Shown here piece by piece: positions 36,201 to 49,805 of a DNA stretch of 64,000 bases. Position numbers and translations under genes: made by a program. The notes beneath the pieces are model-generated. The model had not been told where the DNA came from and did not search any database. It was given only the letters and a program-made list of their open reading frames with translations. This stretch comes from Strigamia acuminata (Eukaryota), in the NCBI GenBank assembly GCA_949358305.1, contig OX442314.1, forward strand, positions 22,568,001-22,632,000, written 5' to 3'. Position 1 is the first letter of the stretch. The number at the start of each line of letters is the position of its first letter.

Positions 36201-39200
36201 CTAGGCTTAAAGCAGTTTGAAGGGGAAACTAAAGTTATTCACTTAGTGAACGGATAAATTGCACAAAAAATCAGCAACTGATTAATAAATAAATAAATTG
36301 AAACGCAAAATTGTCAATTGCAGCCCAAATCTCGATTCTTGCGCCGACAGAAGTCTGCATCCGAGATAGAGACCGCACGCGCATCTATTGCCGTCCCACC
36401 AGAGGAGCAGAGTATGTACTTAATGATGGGTCGAAGCCGTGGTCCTTTAACTCGATTACCGAAGACGCCCCCTTAAACCATCCAGTTAAAACAAAATAAT
36501 AATTTAAAAAAATTTCTTTTTTTTTGGAAAAAAAAAATATAATTCCCTTCAATTCAAGGTGTGGTGGGAAAGGTGCAAAAAAAAAAAAAAAAAAAAATTA
36601 ATTAATTAACCATAATTCTAAGAGGGATGCAATATAATTCCTTGAAATCATATTGACAAATCTAACGTGCATGCCACACGGGTCCTCGTTGCAGAGCCAG
36701 AGCGCGTGGATCCCGTGTACCAACTCTTGAAGCAAGCGGGAGATTTGAGTGGCAAACGCGGCCCTAATCCTGCAGACAGCCTAAATTCCTTGTCCCACAA
36801 AAGGAGTTCGACCCGAGCCCCCTCAACTTCCCTGACAGTAACACCGCACGTTCCGCCTTCCTCCATCTCAGGTGCGTGTATAGGGTACATTTTCCATACC
36901 TTGAATTGATTTTCGATCAATTTATCGATCGGTTGTACTATTTTTGTTTGGCTTGTAATATGATGTAAGTTTCTTTCTTTTCATTTACTTTTTTTCCTTC
37001 TTTTTCTTCTTTGACCTTTTCTTTCTTTATTCGTTTCACTGTAGACGTCATTAAATGTTGATTTTTTTTCTTCTTTTCATTTCTTTTCTTTCTCAATTTA
37101 TTTCTTTTTTTGTCTATGCTTGTATCTTTTTTTTTTCTTTCTTCTTTTTCACGTAATTTGTTTATTTTTTTTGTCTCTGAATGCATTCGAAAAGTAAATG
37201 ACAAACCTTCAACATAATGCTGAATTATTGTAATTGAAGAATCAAACAATATTGTTGATCCAATGTCAAGTTTCTACATAAACAAACAACTCGTGAAGAG
37301 CGCTGAAGATCCGGATTGTTTGTCTTTTACTTATTATTGTTTCGCGCTGACGTGTTTTCTCTAAATTTCATCACGTTTGTTATTACAACAAATAATTACA
37401 TCTTCCATGCGAAAATTTATTCCACCTTGTTTGTCGACGTCGAGAACTTTAATATTTAAGTTCCTGATAAGTCGCAAACATCCTGCTAATGTATTAACCA
37501 GAAAATCGTCTCAAACATTAATTTTCAAAAAGATTTTCAAAGAAGAACATCAGCACTACCGTCTTTCCCGAATGTAACACCATAGTGTCGTATTTTCTAA
37601 GAAACGTGCTCCCTCAATCGTTTTTGAATTTTACTTCAAATATTGTATACAAATTCAGTGACCTTTTCGCTGGTTTTTGCATCATAATATTCAACTTATG
37701 GCAGTCTCATCATCCCTTTTGGTGGTCTCTTCATTTAATTTTTGCGTTGTTTCACATTTTCTTGCGGGTTTTTAAATGTTTTTTTTCCCCTTCAATTTTG
37801 TTGCGTTTTTAAAGAAATGTTTTGTCAAATTTGTTGCGTTTTTTGATGTTTTTCCCAATTTTTTTCACCTATTTGACTATTTTTCCTACATTTTTACCTT
37901 TTAAGGTATGGTGTTATATTCGGATGAATACGGTAGTGCAAGGTGAAAATTTAACAGCATTAAAATAACTTGTAAAAATTGTGTAGAAATTTACAACTCG
38001 ATTGCACACGATTCCTGTTAGTGCAAATTTAATGCCACAGGTAATTACACGATTAGTTTCACATGAAACACTACATCCGTGTAACAATTTTATAAGTGCA
38101 TTCAATTTCCAAAACAAACTAATCTTTTTGATACAAAACATTACGTAAGGTTATCTGGCAATTCGCCAGCGAGTGCGAGAGAGAGAGAAAGAGCAAGCAC
38201 TTTACAGAAAAGCAAACTTAGTAATAGAATCAACGTTTACTGATGCTTTTCATATTGGATAGGTACCAAGTATGAATTGATCGATTTCCAATAACTTGAC
38301 CAAAGAGAAAGAAAACGTGAATAAACTCGCAACAAATGTTTACGACACAAATTCCATTTTTCTCATTTTTTCTCAATTTTTCCACATAAAAACAAATTCA
38401 AACATATAAAAATATGCACTATTATCGAATACTTTTCGAATGTAATTTTTCTTCTGTCACGCTGGTGGGAATTCAGTCATCATTTTTGCTATTATCTCAG
38501 ACCCTCATATATGGCGCCTTTCCTACGCCCGTTCTCAAAGTCAATCTGTCGATTCAGCTGATTCCAGTGGATCCAAGAGGAATTCACGTATGAAGTCATT
38601 TTTTTTATACGCTTATTTAATTTTTCATCATCACCATCCCATCTCTCTTCATATTTTTGGGGCTTTTATTCTTCTTGTAATTGCTTTCCGTAATTTCTCA
38701 CCTTTAATTTCATTTATAACGCACGTGCCGCTTACTTAATTTTAAATCTCATTATAAAACTTTTATTTCTTTCTTCCTTAAAATTTTTTTCTTCAAAGAT
38801 TGCAATATAAAAAAAAAAATAGTCTAATAATTTTAAAACGTAACAATATCCCATTTTATACCAGCTCCTCACAGTCCTCAACGACAGAAATTGAATCTCC
38901 GAATGAAGTCGCTCTCGCTCGATAGTCCCGAATCAAACGAATACGTACAGCGCGTCAGGCGCAGTCAACAACCGTCCAGTCTGGGCAGTTCGCATAGTCA
39001 ATGTGAGTCCAACAACATGTCAAAGTGCACCCGTGTTAATCTTGTTGCGTCACAAAATCAACACTCGCGGCACAAGAACTTTAACGGACAAAGCAGAACA
39101 GTTTAAATTTTTTTTTTTTTTTTAAAAAAAAAGCCCCATAAAGATCAGGTAGATAATCATTTCGGTAAAGAAACTCTCATTCAATTTCCAGTCGGCCAGA

Positions 39201-42200
39201 AATCCAATACGTGCAACCATACTAAGAATACAAAAACACGGTTGCGAAAGTGTGTGGGAGCTGTGGACTCTGGCCCCAAGAGTCATTTCCCCATTTTTAA
39301 CCGAGAATACCAATTCTCCTTCTTGCAAAACTTGTAGTGCTCAGCTCGGCCTGTCTAAATGTTGCACCATGCACAGTTCAATCGTCGCATGATTTGATTT
39401 AGACGTGCAGCGACGATGACAATTGAGCACGAATTTGGCAAAAGAGCAATAAAACGAGTATAAGCAACGACAAATTGAATTTGCATTTAATTGGATAAAC
39501 AGAACACGTTTTTTTCTCTCTCTCCTAGTTAAATGACCTGTTTATCAGGATCTTATAAAAGATAAAAAGTAAATTTATTCACTCTTATCATTTACTTCCA
39601 AACACCACTTATTGATGCTTATCACGCAAGTCTATACCGTCATTCAACCTGCATTTTTGAGAGAAAATTACACCGGAAGTTCAGAGGAAATTGGAAACAA
39701 AATTCTCTTTGAATATTTTCAGATAATATCTGGTGTTGATAAAAAAGCAGTATTGACAAAAGACAAAAAAAAATTCATTGGAATTGCATATTAAATATTC
39801 ATTTGAATTATGCTTGCATGATTAAGTCCAGTGACAAGCAAAGTAATTGGTCTCTTCAAGTAATAACAAGAGTAAGATCATGATAACCCAAACATGTAAT
39901 TACGTTTAGTCTTCATGAAACGTGCATGGTAACCACGGCAGCAGTTTGTATTCTTTTACCTAAAGCAATGCTGGAAAGCCCCCAAATTAAGTGGAAACCA
40001 AGAGCAACAAACAGCGGCTGCACCAAGGCCGCCGTGAGACAAAATAGCGTCACAAGCAAACAATTTTTTCAACAAAGTCGTTTGAGAGTATAATTTTCGT
40101 CAAATGTGCATGGGGTGCGTCTCACTCAGACGCCTAACTTTACCTAAAACTCAGCCTAACCCACCAGTTTGGTGTCCCACCCAAGCAACTGCTTGCTCCG
40201 CTTGTGCCTTGCAGCGGCCCTGGGCTGCACTTTGGGGTTATCTAGTTTCCACTGGTTCAATATGTTCATTTATTTTTCCATTTCACACGCGACAGCAAAA
40301 AGGAAAAAGATTTTTTTTGCTGTCAAAAATTTCAAAATTCAATTTTGTCACCGCAGCACCTCAAAGCCCGGTACACAACCGTCGCCTGTTAGCCGCAAAG
40401 ACACTTCGCATGAACTCCGTGGACCTTCCAGACGAAAATGAAAAATCGTTCAGTTCAGCGTCCACCTCCCCATGTCCTTCACCCGTGAGTTTAATAATTG
40501 CACGGCACATTTGGAATGAGAAAAATCAATGAGATCAATATTTTGCAGAAACCTCACCGAATATTGCCAACCAACCTGTACGTTGTTCTTTATCATTTCC
40601 GAGCACGGCAATCGGATGAGTTAGACCTCAAGTGAGTTTTCCAATCAATAAACTATTTCCCTTTCAAACTTTCATTACTCCGTCTTTCAACTCTTTGTTC
40701 GACGAAACAATAGAGCTGGGGAGACAATCACAGTGACTGACACATCAGACCCCGATTGGTGGAAAGGCAAAGGGATAAGAAGAGGCGGATTCTTTCCATC
40801 CAAATACGTTGCAAAATTAAATTCCGGTGAAAGACCTCTTCAAGTCACTCACAATCTTCAAGTGAGCGATGGAGATAATGGACTCAAATTATTACGTGAT
40901 CAGGTACGAACCTAACCTTCCGTAGTTAAGTGTTTGCTAAATTTGCTTTACACTCGGTTGACCATAGTATTGATCGGCCCCCTTAACTAGTGCTAGTACA
41001 GTCTAAACTCTTTATAACGAATCGCGATATTACGAATTATCGATATAACGAATACCTAAAAATGGCTGGTTTGGCTGGCTGGCCATAGAACACCGTGTTA
41101 AAAAATTTCGTTATAACGAATTCTCGTTAATCGATTTTTCGGGTCCCTTGCGATTCGTTATAGAGAGTTTCGACTGTACTGTTTTAGAGACTCGAGTTAT
41201 TAATTAGAGTGCTTAGATGTGGTTTGAGCTGTTAGCAAGTTCAAGCCATACGTAGAATACTCAGAATATGTAGTCGAGAAAAGTTACGCAAAGGTGTGAA
41301 CGCGAAGGCAGTCAGTCCCAGATGACGGCCAGGGAACTGTGATGTTTAAAACATATTTTTCTGGGTTTAAATTTTAAAATTAATTATTGGAGACAAAGAA
41401 ATGGTCCCCCCCGAGTGCCAAATACTGTAGATTCATTCCAGCTAGGTTAGCACCAGCAAGCAAGAAGCAAAAATAACCAATCACAACCAGCAACCACTCT
41501 CAATCAATGAAGTCGCTCCCGGCTGCATAAAGCCTGTTGTTTTTGCAAAATTTTATGATTTAATTATGTTCAAATTGCCAGATTGACACCTGTCTCTGGA
41601 TTTTATTGAATACAATAAAGATTGCAGCATGTTGAAATGTGATAGTTAGCTCGACAAAATTGCACAATTTGATTGGCACATTCTTGCTTCGTATGAATCT
41701 AGCTTAATATTTACTGTAATAATAACAAAACTTTTTTTTATCATTGCATTGGCATGGCATTGTACAGTAGTGTTAGAAATAATTCCTGGTTCACAAATAG
41801 GATTGTGAATTCACTATCTATATACAAGTGAAAAGTCTGTGGTTAGACGTTAGACGAAAATATTATCTGTAGTAGTAACTGTTCCAGTTACATTGGCACC
41901 TAGGCCAATGTGGCCCTGGCTGCAATGTAAATAATAAATAGTAAGACATGGTTGTATTTCCAGCGAAAATGTGAACTGCGCATAACACATGCAATCAAGC
42001 TTGTTTGTCATTCACGCTAACTTAAACAAAATTATATTCTGTACTGTGGCTGGCAGTGAATTTAAATCAATCAGCAATTCTACTCTCGCTTGAAGTAGCG
42101 TTCATTTAATTTGAATTTGAAATGTCACTTGTCAGCATACCATCATTTTCTGCTGGTTAACTGGCAAGATGCGGGAAGCAAGAAAGCGAGCTTTTTTTCC

Positions 42201-45147
42201 ACTTTCGCTTGCTAGTACGAAGTACGAACCAGCAGATTGCTCGTTCTTCTGTGCAGTGTGGTCAGCGGTTATGGAAATTGGAAACCGTCGTTCCTTAACT
42301 ACAATCTACACCAGGTATCTTGATGCTAAAGTCAAACAGACAAATCCCTGTCTGCGCACAGATAAATGCAGCAAATTCATAATTTTTAGAAATAATAACA
42401 GGTAATGGCACTATACATTCGTATGCAATTAACAAGTTTAGAATTTGTGTGCTTTCATATGGCAAAAAAACGGAATCTATACTCTTGTTCGACTCAAAAG
42501 GGTGGCCTTCTCCCATTGGCCGAGCCGTGTCACTGGTGTAGTGATCCAAAAATATAGATCCAACCACCAGGAATGCATTACAATGTACAGACATTGTAAT
42601 CGATTGCCTATGTAACAGCCAAAATTTCAAAACTGTTTGCTTTACAGACAAAGCAACCAATAAACAGAACAAACATGAGTTTTACATTTATATGTGCATA
42701 AAACTTTATTTCCTAAATGGAAATAACATTTTATAATAAAATACAATTAAAATTATATCAATTTAAATGGTCATAATAATCTAAAAAATACATAAAAATA
42801 AAAACTACTTTTCCGAGTGGTAGTAATACAGACTGGAGTTAGGAGTAATGCGGGTCGGCCAATGGGAGAAGGCCACCCTTTTGAGTCGAACAAGAGTATA
42901 ATACCGTATATCCTCGTGTATAATCCGACCCGCGTATAATGCAACCCCCCATTTTAAGGCGCTATTTTTGCTAATAATTGGTGTATGTGCGTATAATGCG
43001 AGTTAATATTAAGTAATTTAGACTAAACGGCATTTTAAACAACAAATTTAAATGGCTTTATAAACTGATTGCCTCGCTCTAACTTCAAAAATGGTGGCCG
43101 GTTTAGTTTGCTTTCGGGCATGTGAGCATGTGCACAACATTTCAACAACATTATGAATACACCTACTGTATCATGTTCACATTAAGGTTTTGGATCTCAT
43201 CCGATGTTGCGAATCTAAATCCATGATTGGTGTGAACATTGATCTCAGTTGACAGATCTAGATCCGTGTGCTCAGCAACTCCATTCGCCAATCGACTTCC
43301 CACAACTCAATTCGACGATTGGATCCGGATTGGATTCGAATACGGATATATACAGACTTGTGCCTGTACAGTCGTGCAGACACAAGTAGTTGTATCTGTA
43401 TCGATCGCTTGTAAGATCACATGGCAAATTTTGTTTAAAATAGCAGCAAGAAATACAAGAGACCAGCAAATTGTTTGGTCTTATTCACATTCATTAAATA
43501 AAGTTTGAAAAATTGATTGTTCACTGTCAAGTTGATTTATTGATTGAATCAACTTGTGTGTGACACAACAGAATCCGGGAGAATATTTGAACTCTGTTCA
43601 GTTGGATCTGATCGAGCGGATTGATAAAGTCATTTAAACTTCTTTAAAGTCTAAATGTAAAATTTAACATGAATGCGCCTAGTAGGCAACAATATACTGG
43701 GTGCAGACTGCGGTTAACGTTAGCGGTTAGTTGTTTTTGCGGCTGCTGCCATGTCAATAAAACATTCCTTCCGAGTCCCGCAGGATAAAATAGAAAACAA
43801 AATTGAAGGCACGCATATTTTTTAGTACGTAAGCAAAGTGGTTTTGCGTGTTGTTCATTACGCATTAATGGATGTAAAGCATCTCACAACTCTGATTGGA
43901 TATGGTCTATCTCAAACGCAAAAATCTAAAATTAGACCTTTCACTTTCCAAACTCCACCCCTTAGGTAAATAATAGTAGCAGAGATTCAACGCTTTTAAT
44001 TTGAATAGAAATGTTTGAGTTTTGTTAACCTTGGCGTTATCATTTAAAACTTCGATTTTCTGTCACCAGTCACACTGAACTCTAAAGTTCATTACATACA
44101 AGTTGTTTAAGAAAAATGAAAAAGATTTACAATTTTTGACATTTTTGACAGTTTTAGCAGCACCTTAAATTAAATATTCAATTGTTTGATAGTACAAGGC
44201 TCAAGGTGCGCAAGAAATCTTTCATAACCTGACATGGCATAAGTAATGCACCAAGAATTTTGAATTAAATTTAAGAAATGTCTTTTTTTTTCGTATAATT
44301 TCATTTCCTTGTTTACCGATCTGCTTTTCTTAAATTGAAAACATTTTTTTTTATTGATTACAATTGTGTGTGCGTGCGTGTGATTTGATAACATGATTGT
44401 GATCTGGGGCGCAGAAATTGTAATTCAGTCAACGAATTCACTTTTTCTGCCCCAAGAACTATTCATTGAAATTCCCTTTTTTACACTCTAATTTCTCCAG
44501 CATTCCACGGATTGAATGAAATTAGTATTTGTCCTCGAGGAACTTCATATCCATTGATAATTTCAATATATTTGACGCTGTCGACGGCATAAATTTACAG
44601 CATTCTGTGTTCATTCCCTGGAAAACCGTCTGTGTATACATGGCCTTAGTTTTGTGTTTGACTAGCAAATAACAATCACGCAAAACAGCAAAAATCAATC
44701 TCGTGCAAATGGAAGTTTGTTCTTAGAATTTGTACGTCTTTAGGCCTAAAAGGACATGTTTACGTGATCAATATTTCCAAGAATACAAAAGTCGGATTTG
44801 CACTTAGTAAATGAAAGATCAAATCACACACGCGTGGGATTTTGCTAATGTAAATAGAAATATTTTAATAATTTTGAAATTTGATGTTTTCCAAGAGAAT
44901 TTGTCTAAAGTTTCACAAATCTGAATTTTTCACCAATTTTCAAAATTCTATCAAAGGGCATTGGGTGTGGCAATACATTTTATGTTCACTTTGACAGTAT
45001 TTGAAATAAATTTACTGATCTAATCAGTTTAATCCATGTTGTTTGCAGATTGTGATTCAAATGGGCGAAGAACATGATGGAATGGTTCTTGTTCGAAGTG
45101 GAGACCGCCAGGGATTTTGTCCACTGAGATATCTTCAAGAAGTGTAA
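24217..45147 (+). CDS. Stac: Stac-like adaptor (F-BAR-like helical region, C1 domain, tandem SH3), similar to Drosophila Dstac
   Basis: Helical BAR-like exons from 26945. C1 domain HLFVEYTFKKISACDVCNEILRGHTRQGMRCKLCKYNSHVDC. VDPVY motif at ~36707. SH3 YVVLYHF..DELDL..DWWKGK..GFFPSKYV. Second SH3 ends ...CPLRYLQEV* (exon 45049-45147). First exon uncertain (24217 or 24885). Confidence 0.85.
26760..26881. mobile_element. Probable hAT-type element end with 26-bp subterminal tandem repeats
   Basis: ttgtggtatcgg.. repeated at 26808, 26834 and 26860, ending in ...gtcaaacccta (reverse complement TAGGG...). Other end not found. Confidence 0.45.
27359..27513. mobile_element. Degenerate hAT(Charlie)-like MITE
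   Basis: caacgcttcttaaag ... tttgagaagcgcgg imperfect TIRs, internal ggtccg repeats; no TSD retained. Confidence 0.4.
27928..28187. mobile_element. Non-autonomous hAT MITE
   Basis: Perfect 8-bp TSD cctaccat (27920-27927, 28188-28195); ends tagagttgt / acaacccta; internal tgcggt repeats. Confidence 0.8.
31374..31614. mobile_element. Degenerate hAT-like MITE
   Basis: cagggcctttgagagg ... cctctaactggcccag imperfect TIRs, GC-rich with gggccc repeats; no TSD. Confidence 0.4.
32382..32562. mobile_element. hAT-like MITE
   Basis: cagaggcgaaac ... gctacgccactg TIRs, flanked by aataataa on both sides (low-complexity 8-bp TSD). Confidence 0.6.
35701..36210. mobile_element. MITE with TTAA/TA-flanked TIRs
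   Basis: Perfect inverted repeat ttaagcctagtactcata (35701-35718) / tatgagtactaggcttaa (36193-36210). Confidence 0.75.
40999..41176. mobile_element. Tc1/mariner-pogo(Tigger)-type MITE
   Basis: TA TSD; 27-bp TIRs (cagtctaaactctttataacgaatcgc) with 2 mismatches; internal ataacgaat repeats. Confidence 0.8.
42478..42900. mobile_element. MITE with perfect 46-bp TIRs (including TA/TATA target)
   Basis: tatactcttgttcgactcaaaagggtggccttctcccattggccga (42478-42523) and its exact reverse complement at 42855-42900. Confidence 0.85.
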
Positions 45148-46275
45148 AAAAAAAAAGAAAAAAAAGAAAGAAAAAAAAAAAAGAAATGGCTGGGCCATAA
45201 ATAGGTTAAAGATTATTATGATTACTTATAAATTAATTAGTCATATACTAAAAAAATATCTATTTATATCTTAAATTATATATTAAATGTAATTTCCATA
45301 TTTTATTCTTTAATGATGGTTATCGTTATATATTTATTATTCTATAAATCGTTCAGAATTAGTGGTGGTTAAATTAAAAATTAAAAATTAAATTTCAAGT
45401 TTAGTTACGGTATATTTTATTTTTTTATATAGAATCTTTAAAAAAAAAAATTGTAATATATTTTGATCTTTAAGAATAATTTTTTTTTAGTGTTATTATA
45501 TGTAGTAAGTTGTGTTTTGTAGTAGTTGATGCCCTTAGCCCTAACAAACATGCAAAGAGCGAGCTGTACCTCCAAAATGGCCTTACTTCTAAATAATAAT
45601 AATAAAGTATAATGATTATCTATGTTTGCATTGCAACAGCCACACACTTTAATAGCTATTAATGTTGATTTAAATCACGAAAATAATTTCATTCAAAATT
45701 ACGCTAATTTATGAATAATAAATAAATAGTTTTAAATAACACCGCTTCGTAAACCGATCTAAATATTAAGTGAATGATTTCTTCTACTTACATTCTGACG
45801 ACCATTCATTAAAGCACAGTACACAATTCCATTTATTTCTAGAGCACGATTTTGGACTTCAAAACCCACGCACTACGCCATCTTCCTAAGGCCATAAATA
45901 TGACGTCATAAGTACGTTTTTAAAAATACGGAAGCCTAATTTGTACCCATTTAAAATTTCAAACATCATACTTTATGAGAAGCAATATAAATTGCCAAAA
46001 AACTGCCATTTTATTCAATTTTTTTTTTTGAAAAGCAACATACATATTACAAAACTAGCAAGACTGCTAGATAGATTGCTCATAATATTATTGTTTTAAT
46101 GTTGTATGCAGCAATTTAACTAATATAAATTATTACAATTGCTCATACCTATGTACATTTTGTTTTGTCATACCGGAAATACTTTTATTTAGGATATATA
46201 TACTTCAAATATTTTATCAATAACAATAAATATTACTACAAAAGCGTCATCTATTGCCAAAAAGGGCTGGACGGC

Positions 46276-49100
46276 TCAGCAGCCGGTAACCTGGATGCTG
46301 GGGAGTATCTGTGATGAACATTCTTCGTTTACTAATTGTGAACTGAGGGTTAAGCGAAGCCCTTGAACAACTCCTTTGCGTGTTCCTTTGCGTTCCAATG
46401 GTCTCAGTAAAGCTGGCAGGAGAAATTTACTGTCTTTACCAGATGATGTGGGTAAACTATAAAATAATAATAAAAACAAAAATAAATTACAAACAAACTG
46501 AGCAGAAAATCCAACCCTCAATTAAAAATCTCACGTTTACTTCAAATTCCTCGTTGTCTCAAACTAACCACAGATGACGTTACAAGCCATTAAGAAAGCA
46601 CAGCTTCTAATAACTACATTCCTAACCATTACACCGAGCCCGCTAGGTTACATTACTTTTAATTTGCTGTGAAAACAACATTCTTCATTGCTAATAAAAT
46701 GTCTCTCCAGAAAAAGCGAGAAAAACTAACATCAACACCAATCACTCATAGACGGAGCAGCAAGAGGGGTCCAGTGGCAGATAACCACACAAGCGTAAAC
46801 GGCGCGCGCCTAGACCCTCTGTCTGTACCGCTAAAGCCTCGACTTCGCCAGGACCCAGTGTCGTACCGGCCCCAACTACCGTATTTCAGCGTTTCCCAAA
46901 CTGTGAGACGCGAGCTGATTTTTGGTGGGGCGCAACGGCACAATTGTAACAATCTAACTACCAGTAACTTGTAAACTTGACGCCCCCGCCCCCTAGAATA
47001 GTGCACGAAAATTATTTTTTGCAAACTTATGTAAAATTTTATGTAAAGTTTTATGCAAAATTTCTTTTTTTCTTTCTTTTTTTCTTTCTAGTAGTTCATT
47101 TTTGAAAAATTGAATGCACCAGTAGATGAAGTGGGGCGCAGAAGATCCCCTTGCTTAAAAATGGGTCGCGATGCTAAAAAGTTTGGGGATCCCTGCCGTA
47201 TTTCTTCGATTGTAAGACGCACCCTGTTTTTAGAGATGCAATATGGGAAAATAAAAGAATAAAAAAAATACGCTAGATGATCCGCCACCGGAGTAGTGAA
47301 TTGAGCTTTCCGACAATAAATATCAACTTTTTGAGTGAATAGACACCTTGGTCGTTGCGTCTGGAGTTTTTCTTTCGATTGGTCGGTACACGACCACGTG
47401 CTCGTTCGAATTCGTCCTGGGGAGCCGACCTTACGACGTGCCCATTCCTGAATGGATTGCGTGAGGCTGGGAATGCGGCCCAGGAGTAAAACGAGGGCTC
47501 CAGCATCCAAGTTCTGTCAATAAGTACATTTAGAAATTAAGATGCGCACTCCAAGAATATTTCAAACTAATTAATCACCTTAAGTGTAGTTCCCACTTCT
47601 TTCTGAGTACTCGTACGAAAACACTGACCATTGATTTCTAATATCTGATCACCTTGAAGAATGCGACCATTGTAATGTGCCACACTTCCGGGTTCCTTGA
47701 CCAAGTTAGAATGCTCCGAATAAGTTTCTTATTATTTTACTGGAAAAGACTACTACAGTTTCAAATTACCACCCAAGTGATGAAAACACCGGATCCATTT
47801 CTAAAAAAATGTAAAAAATGTAAAAAATAAAATAAAATTAAAAAACATATTTAGATAAAAGGCTTTGAAAAATCGTCTCATACTTTTGCCGTTGCATGAG
47901 ACTAAGTCCAAGCTTTTCGTTGACTGCTGATTTACGTAACTCAACCGTGAGAATGCGCTTGGGTGCTGAAACAGTTAAGTAGTTACGAATAACGATAGTG
48001 TTATCTCGGGTCAGCGCCATCCATCCGTAAAAGTATAATTACTTTCATCAAAAGTGAACATCGTGTCGGGATTCTCTCGCAAAACAACCAGACGCACAGG
48101 TGATGCGGCAGCGCGAAGAGCTTCAACGGCATCGTTTCTTGACAACTCCCTCAAAGTTTGATCATTGACCATGAGAATAATGTCGCCTCTTTTCAGCCGT
48201 CCATCTCTAAAAGCTACTCCATCGGGGTGCACTTCGTTCACGCACGTCGTTTCCTGAAATATTAAATTTCATTGTATACACCACACGTCTGGAAAATCCG
48301 AAATTGTGAATGCGTAAAATCAAATTAAATCAAATTATCGTATATTTTTTTTTTCCTTTCTAATTTTTCACCGAAACCAATATTCGTCTGGGTTTAGCAT
48401 AAATGCAATTTGTACGCTATCGATTTCCAATAATTCGGGCATGAATCAGCCGTTGTGTACTTACGAGGTAAGTATCCTGTCCTCCAACAACGCTAACACC
48501 CAGTTCGTTTTTTCGGTCTTTTCTTAAAACTATGGTGGTTTCGATAAACTCTTCTATTTCACTCAAAGGAACTGCAATATTAATAATAAAAATTAATAAT
48601 AGAAACACATAAAAGTACAAGACTTATATACAACAGCATTAACTCATTTGTTTTATCAGTCAACAAAGCTGTAAAGAAAGTCAATATCCGCCCGACTGTA
48701 ACTCGAGATTTTAATTAACATGACTATTAGCAATCAAATGCCACGAAAACGACTTGTAAACATTTGAACGAGGACTGAAATTGTATCCTTAATTAACGAG
48801 ATACTTTTATTACTTTGCATAAAATTTCCTCAAACAAAAGAAATTATTTCATTTTAAAAAAAAAATAGTAATAAAATAAATAAATAAATAAATAAATAAA
48901 TAAATGCAAATCATTCAGTTTGGATTTCAAAATTTCTTTTTCAAAAAAATAAAACAAATAAATAAATTTATATTAATGATATTTTTATTTTCCGCAATAA
49001 TTCGCGGTTAAGAAAATGATCACGTAAAAAGATAAATCTTACCGCTCAAGCAGGATCCTTGTCTCAGCACCGGCGGTTTCGGCTCCTTCGTGCCGTCCAT
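46276..49100 (-). CDS. Tandem-PDZ protein (LNX / MPDZ-PATJ-like PDZ pair)
   Basis: Spliced: MDGTKEPKPP..., PDZ1 ELGVSVVGGQDT..NEVHPDGVAFRDGRLKRGDIILMVN, PDZ2 KLGLSLM..GVFITWV.EPGSVAHYNGRILQGDQILEING..LLLGR, tail ending IQVTGC* at 46276. Start codon tentative. Confidence 0.75.
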
Positions 49101-49805
49101 TTCGTTGCAAAACACTCATCATCTGAAATGAATCTCCAGGGTTATACTTTGATAAGTTTCACATGGATGACCCTTCTCGAGAAACGCAAAATTTGATTCC
49201 TTCCAAATGAAACCTCGAGCATGCATTTGAAATCAGCATATCGTCGCCATGACAACACAGCTTCGCATCCCTGCACACATTCTTTACCTTGAAAAAATGC
49301 ACTTGCTGCTTACCAGTGTTGATTATGCACCGTCAACCGCCAGCCGGGATTTAAACCTTGTGAACCCTTGCCAAGTCGGATGAATGGATGGACGAGATCA
49401 AACTAGCTGAGCACACTGGCTTCACCTAGTGGCCAGTCCTGAAAACGTGCACACGTTTCCAACAAATGAGAATAGGATGATCCGAGTGTGGGAGTTAAAA
49501 CAACATTTCGTGCACAGCAAATAGCAAATTTCGAGCTTGCTACTGTTTCACCTTTGCAAACGACATTTCCAACAACACATTTATCTGCTCCGCAATAAAT
49601 GCACTGCACCTGCAAGCACTAATCAATGCGCTCATTATTTTCCACAATGCTCGCAGCAGTTTCCAAATTATCCTCGTGTTTTTAATTGATTTCTGTGTGA
49701 ATTTTAATCCTTTTTAAAATTTTAAAATTATCACAATTTTAATTTACGCTTATTCTAAAATAAAAATGCTTTATTATAAGTTAAATTTAACTTTAACGTG
49801 GTAGT

